A DNA stretch of 64,000 bases from Chrysemys picta bellii (Eukaryota), in NCBI RefSeq assembly GCF_011386835.1, contig NC_088812.1, forward strand, positions 2,046,001 to 2,110,000, read 5' to 3'. Each line of letters opens with the position of its first letter. The stretch's first letter is position 1. The notes beneath the pieces are model-generated. The model was not told the origin of the DNA and did no database searches. It saw only the letters and a list, made by a program, of their open reading frames with translations. This document shows positions 58,901-64,000 of this stretch, one piece after another. Position numbers and translations under genes: made by a program.

Positions 58901-59598
58901 CTGCCGGCACTCGCTGCCACATGCACATCCCCTTCCCTGGCCCAGATGGACACACACACACTGCCACTCCATGTGCACCCATCTCCTCCCTCGGACTTTC
59001 TGCGCCAAGCAGGGAATGAGTTTTGATCATCACCCACGGGAGCTGGATTCCAGGTGTCGAGGCCGGGCTGGTGGGTTTCACCCCCCAATGCTCCCTTCGA
59101 GCCAACATCCAGCGTCCCTAGTGCAGTGAGATCAGGGTACGCCCCGGACCAGCGTCTTCCCCCTACATCCCAGCCAAGCTAAAGTGCTGCTAGCAAATAT
59201 GCACGGTTTTCCTCCTGGAGCCAAACGCCTTCTGTTGACCTGCTGGCCGAAGCAAGAGTTCCCGGAAGAGTCATCCGGTAACAAGACAGCAAATTAAAGC
59301 CTCCATCAGGGCCCAGCATCTCCATTGCTTGGGCGGATTTGTCCCTTCCCAGCCTTCTCTCAGCTCTAGAGACCCCACTAGACCCCACTCCCCTCCCAGA
59401 GCTGGGAATGGAACCCAGAGCCCTGGCTCCCTGGGCTCTAACCAGCAAGACATACCCACCCCTTCCTACATTTTGATGCCCCTGAAAGCACAGAAAGCCC
59501 CACCCCGCCATGTCCCCAGAGCCAGCTCGCCCTTTACCCTGCAGTTCAGGATTCAGAGGCTTGGCAGTTTTAGGAAGCCGGGCCTGGCAGAGTCCCAT
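55966..59598 (-). CDS. Single-domain adenylate kinase-like protein (AK1/AK5 family), 212 aa; complement join(59538..59598,57637..57836,57043..57156,56485..56679,55966..56034)
   Basis: P-loop IFVIGGPGSGKGTQC, GALVP, GFLVNGFPRE..Q, short LID RLLLRGQTGHRADD...RLETHY, C-terminus SVIDSLR*. Splice sites are GT-AG with consistent phase (639 nt). The four downstream exons are secure; the first exon (MGLCQARLPKTAKPLNPELQ, strong Kozak, phase-1 donor) is inferred. Confidence 0.85.
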
Positions 59599-60055
59599 CT
59601 TCCAGGGCACAGACCGTTCCCCCGCTGCACTCCCTTCCCGGGGGGCCCCCCCAAGGTGCTGGCCTGGCCTGCAGCCCTCAAGCTCCTGTGGAAAACTAAT
59701 CTGGCCATTTTAGCCCGGGCCCTGCTGCTTAGCCGGATGGGCTTTCTGATGTCACAAGGCAGCCAGGCGCTGGCCTGTCGCCGAGGACAGGAGCAGCTGA
59801 GCGGGTGCCGGGATGCGCGGGGGCGATTCCAGGCGGTGCTGGGAGTGGGAGGAGGCCGGAGCACGTGGCCTAGTGACCCGAACGATAGAACCAGGACACC
59901 TGGGACCCCTCCCAGCTCGGCGACTCGCTGGGCCTCAGTTTCCCCCAGGGGAGGGGGCTAGATTCCCGGCTCCGAGATGTCCGGACGGGCCGAGTGACCC
60001 CGTCTGCCCCCCCAGACTGCGGGCAAGAGGCAGGAGAAGGGCCCAAGGAGACCCA

Positions 60056-60960
60056 CCCCTGGGGGCGACGGGCCCCGTCCTCCCCTCCCCCCACCCCTGG
60101 GGGCGACGGGCCCCGTGCCCCCCCTTCCCCCACCCCGGGGGGTGACGGGCCCTGTGCCCCCCCCTTCCCCCACCCCTGGGGGCGACGGGCCCCTGTGCCC
60201 CCCCTTCCCCACCCCTGGGGGCGACGGACCCCGTGCCCCCCCCTTCCCCCACCCCGGGGGGCGACGGACCCCGTGCCCCCCCTTCCCCCACCCCGGGGGG
60301 TGACGGGCCCTGTGCCCCCCCCTTCCCCCACCCCGGGGGGCGACGGGCCCCGTGCCCCCCTTCCCCACCACTGGGGGCGACGGGCCCTGTGTCCCCCCCT
60401 CCCCCCACCCCGGGGGTCGACGGGCCCTGTGCCCCCCCCTTCCCCCACCCCGGGGGGCGACGGGCCCCGTGCCCCCCCTTCCCCCACCCCGGGGGGTGAC
60501 GGGCCCTGTGCCCCCCCCTTCCCCCACCCCTGGGGGCGACGGGCCCCTGTGCCCCCCCTTCCCCACCCCTGGGGGCGACGGACCCCGTGCCCCCCCCTTC
60601 CCCCACCCCGGGGGGCGACGGACCCCGTGCCCCCCCCTTCCCCCACCCCGGGGGGCGACGGGCCCTGTGTCCCCCCCTCCCCCCACCCCGGGGGGCGACG
60701 GGCCCTGTGTCCCCCCTCCCCCCACCCCTGGGGGCGACGGGCCCCTGTGTCCCCCCCTTCCCCCACCCCTGGGGGCGACGGGCCCCTGTGTCCCCCCTCC
60801 CCCCACCCCGGGGGGCGACGGGCCCTGTGTCCCCCCTCCCCCCACCCCTGGGGGCGACGGGCCCCTGTGCCCCCCCTTCCCCCACCCCTGGGGGCGACGG
60901 GCCCCTGTGCCCCCCCTTCCCCCACCCCCGGGGGGCGACGGGCCCTGTGCCCCCCCCACA
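60056..60960. repeat. GC-rich minisatellite, about 39-40-nt unit, about 23 copies
   Basis: Unit approximately CCCCCCTTCCCCCACCCC(T/G)GGGGGCGACGGGCCC(C)TGTG. C-rich on +, G-rich on -. Confidence 0.97.
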
Positions 60961-60969
60961 CCCCAGGCG

Positions 60970-61230
60970 GTGATAGCTGACCCCCCCCCCATGCCGCCGT
61001 GGGGTAACTCCGCCCCTTTTCCCTGGGTGGCGGGGCACGGCCGTGCAGGTTCCCATAGCAACCAACAAGGGAGGCCTACTTCCGGTGCCAGGAGGCTCCG
61101 GCTTCCGGTCATGCGCGGTGAGCGGCGCACGCGCAGGCAGCCGCTCGGCAATTGGTCTGGACCGGGCGCGGGGCAGCGTCCAGCGGGGCCGGCGGAGGTC
61201 GCGGCTCGTGCGTGGCAGGTGGGGGCGGGT
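60970..61230. promoter_or_regulatory. CpG-island promoter between the divergent AK-like and GTF2F1 genes
   Basis: X-box GTTCCCATAGCAAC (61049-61062), two ETS/GABP cores CTTCCGGT (about 61079-61109), NRF1-like GCGCACGCGCA (about 61126-61136), inverted CCAAT (about 61151), candidate donor CAG|GTGGGG at 61218/61219. Confidence 0.75.
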
Positions 61231-61259
61231 AAAGGTCACGGGGGCAGGGGTCATTGGGG

Positions 61260-62050
61260 GCAGGGGGGCTGAGGGAGGCTGGGGATATGGGTCACTAGGG
61301 TAGGGGTGGGGGGAAGGTGGCTGGGAATGGGGGGCTGGAGGGGAGGGGTCACTAGGGGTGGGGGAGGGAGGCTGGGGATGGGGGGGAAGTGGCTGGGGCT
61401 GGGGGGCTGGTGGGGGAGGGTCACTGGGGTGGGGGAAGGTGGCTGGGAATGGGGGGCTGGAGGGGAGGGGTCACTAGGGGTGGGAGAGGGAGGTTGGGGC
61501 TAGGGGGGGAAGTGGCTGGGGGTAAGGGTCACTGGGGTGGGGGAAGGTGGCTGAGGATTGGGGGATGGTGGGGGAGGGGTCACTAGGGGTGGGGGAGAAG
61601 GAGGTTGGGGCTGGGGGGGAGGTGGCTGGGGGTAAGGATCACTGGGGTGGGGGAAGGTGGCTGGGGATGGGGGGCTGGTGGGGGAGGGAGGCTGGGGGTA
61701 AGGGTCACGGGTGGGGGAGGGAGGCTGGGGCTGGGGGGCTGGGGGGGAAGTGGCTGGGGGTAAGGGTCACTGAGCTGTGGGAGGGAGGCTGGGGATGGGG
61801 GGCTGGTGGGGGAGGGAGGCTGGGGGTAAGGGTCACTGGGGTGGGGGAAGGTGGCTGGGAATGGGGGGCTGGTGGGGGAGGGAGGCTGGGGGTAAGGGTC
61901 ACTGAGGTGTGGGAGGGAGGCTGGGGATGGGGGGCTGGTGGGGGAGGGAGGCTGGGGGTAAGGGTCACTGGGGTGGGGGAAGGTGGCTGGGAATGGGGGG
62001 CTGGTGGGGGAGGGAGGCTGGGGGTAAGGGTCACTGAGGATGGGGGCTGG
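61260..62050 (+). repeat. G-rich degenerate tandem repeat in the probable GTF2F1 5' UTR intron
   Basis: Recurrent GGGGTAAGGGTCACTGGGGTGGGGGAAGGTGGCTGGG and GGGGGGCTGGTGGGGGAGGGAGGCTG blocks. Confidence 0.9.
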
Positions 62051-62581
62051 TGAGGATGGTTGGTACTGGGAGGGGCTCTGAGTGGAGCATGAGGTCTGGG
62101 GCTCGGCATGATGTGACATGGGGGGGGCTGTGGCTGGAGGGGATGCCTGCTTGTTGCCGGGCTGTGGAGTGGAGAGCGGGGTGTGTGGTGGGACAGAGCG
62201 AGGGGGAGATGCTGAGCCATGGGGTGCTGCGGGAGGGGCATCAGAGGTATGTGGTGATTGTTAGGGGAATTCTTTAAAATTCCTGATGTCATTCAAGGCC
62301 TCTGCATGCAATTTAACCCTCCTAGGGCCTGGAAGGAAACATCCTGGGGGAGGGCCGGGCCGTGGAACTGGGCACACGAGACACTGGTTCAGTATTGTGT
62401 CTTGGCTTTATACCTTTGTCCAGTATCATTCCCAGCACCAACCAGCAGACCCCTGGTTCCCCCTCCCAGCCCCGCGCGGGTTCCTGCCAGTGCTTGCTCT
62501 GCTAACCTGCTGGAAACACTGACTATTTTTTCTCTCTTAGAGCCTTTCCTGGAAGCCCAGGTGGACACGTGCAGGGTCAAA

Positions 62582-63750
62582 ATGACCTCCCTGGTAAGTT
62601 CTCAGTTTCCTCTAAGTCATTGTAGGTTTGGGAAATGTGCCCTGTCTCCTTGGCCTAGACTGATACCCATCTAGTTCGGGATCCAGTCTCCGAGTGACTC
62701 GTCCTGAGTGTCCCAGAGGAAGCTGCCAACCCCTCATCGCCTGTCAACTCTTCTTATGTGAAAATCCCTCCCTGACCCCAGCTAATGCCCTGAAGCAAGA
62801 GGACAGAGAGCCCTTATTAATTTCTCCCCCTCTCCTGTGTCCCCGACCGTGATCGGGGAGGGGAACTCCCTGACTAGCCCTTGGGTACCGCACACCTCTG
62901 AAATGAAACCTCACTCTTTGTTCTCTCCCCAGGGCACGAGTAGCCAGTCGGTTACAGAGTATGTGGTGCGAGTACCCAAGTGAGTCCTTTCTCTCTGATT
63001 TCCCAGCCCTCTCTGCCCACGCGGCGCCTGGCTGAAAGCTCATCTCCCTGGGGAAAACAGACAGCCACAGTTTAAGATGTCAGAGCGGAGGTGGGGGAGT
63101 GTCCCCTGCATTGCTGGGTCAAATCAAGCTCAGGTCACTGTTCTCTGACAACGGATGAACTGAGCTGTAGGCCTCGGCCCCTCTCCCTGGCTATCCAGCC
63201 TCTGGTTTGTTTGATCTAAACACTATGCTTCCTGCTGAGCCCGAGGCCACGTCTCTTTGGAGTATTATGGTGATTCCCCAATTGAGATCAGGGTCCTGCC
63301 CTGAAGAGCTTGCAGTTTAAATAGACAAAGGGTGGGAAGGGAAACTGAGGCACGGCGCGGGACTGTGGTTTGCCCAAGATCACCCAGGTGCGCAGGGCAG
63401 GGAATTGAGCCACGCCGCCTGTTGTATCGGATCGATCCTACTGCACCCTGTGGTGGGTTCAGTACAGAGACGGGGGCCTGACAGGGAGGGGGGTCGGGCA
63501 GGGCTGAGGCCTGCTGGCAGCAGGGATTGGGTAGCCCTGCTGCCCGGGTGCGATTTGCTGTGTGGCTAGCGAGTGCTCGGCATAGTGCCAGGCTTCCAGC
63601 AGGGGGTGTGGGGATGTCACTCACTCCTCGAGCTGGAGCTGCTGGCCGCTCAGGTGTCTGCCCTCCTCTTGCTGCAGAAACACACCCAAGAAGTACAACA
63701 TCATGGCCTTCAACGCCGCCGACAAGGTCAACTTCACCACCTGGCACCAG
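62582..63750 (+). CDS. GTF2F1: General transcription factor IIF subunit 1 (RAP74), first three coding exons; join(62582..62593,62933..62979,63678..63750), continues beyond the window
   Basis: MTSL|GTSSQSVTEYVVRVPK|NTPKKYNIMAFNAADKVNFTTWHQ matches the RAP74 N-terminus. GT-AG sites with consistent phase. KHSRP is its neighbour, as in human. Confidence 0.95.
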
Positions 63751-64000
63751 GTAGGATGCCCCCGAGCCCCACATGGCCAGGGCAGCCTGCCCGCTGCTTG
63801 GAGGCACTGCCAGGTGCCGGAGCTCCCTTAGCGCTGACGGCCTGGCCACTCCAGCGGGGTGGATCGATAGTTGTGACTGCATCTGGGGCCGGGCCTGGCA
63901 GCAAGGCTAGAAATACTGGGCACAGCGCCCCCCCCATAATGCACTGGACCACAGGGCAGCCTCTTGCTTCCCCACCATGCTGGGGAACACATCTGGGCCC

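Noticed and set aside
59870-61272. Long Gly/Pro-rich ORFs (up to 439 aa) on both strands
   Set aside because: They are translations of the stop-free GC minisatellite and have no domain features.
61583-62292. Pro/Ser-rich minus-strand ORFs resembling extensins or mucins
   Set aside because: They are translations of the G-rich tandem repeat in the GTF2F1 5' intron.

Overview
This is vertebrate genomic DNA, not prokaryotic. It is most likely a turtle, inferred from a tRNA-derived tortoise-type SINE, dense CR1 LINE fragments and hAT MITEs. There are two N-gaps. Six spliced genes were rebuilt by hand from GT-AG boundaries, all with consistent phase: (1) DOCK6 first coding exon (-, 1243-1286); (2) a TSPAN1-like tetraspanin (+, 7 coding exons, 242 aa); (3) its tandem paralogue, probably TSPAN16 (+, 7 coding exons, 244 aa); (4) complete KHSRP/FUBP2 (+, 20 coding exons, 694 aa); (5) an uncharacterised single-domain AK1/AK5-family adenylate kinase-like gene (-, 5 coding exons, 212 aa); (6) the first three coding exons of GTF2F1 (+). 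The strongest lead is the adenylate kinase-like gene. It has an N-terminal MGLC acylation-type exon and Asn in place of the Mg2+-binding Asp of the DG(Y/F)PR motif. It lies head-to-head with GTF2F1 across a CpG promoter that carries an RFX X-box and is flanked by mirror-image G-rich minisatellites. Other leads are 17 CCAAT boxes in about 850 bp upstream of KHSRP, an inverted MITE pair bracketing KHSRP exons 8-12, and a candidate in-frame cassette exon. Most long ORFs in the supplied track are repeat artefacts. No database searches were run; orthology calls rest on recalled sequences.
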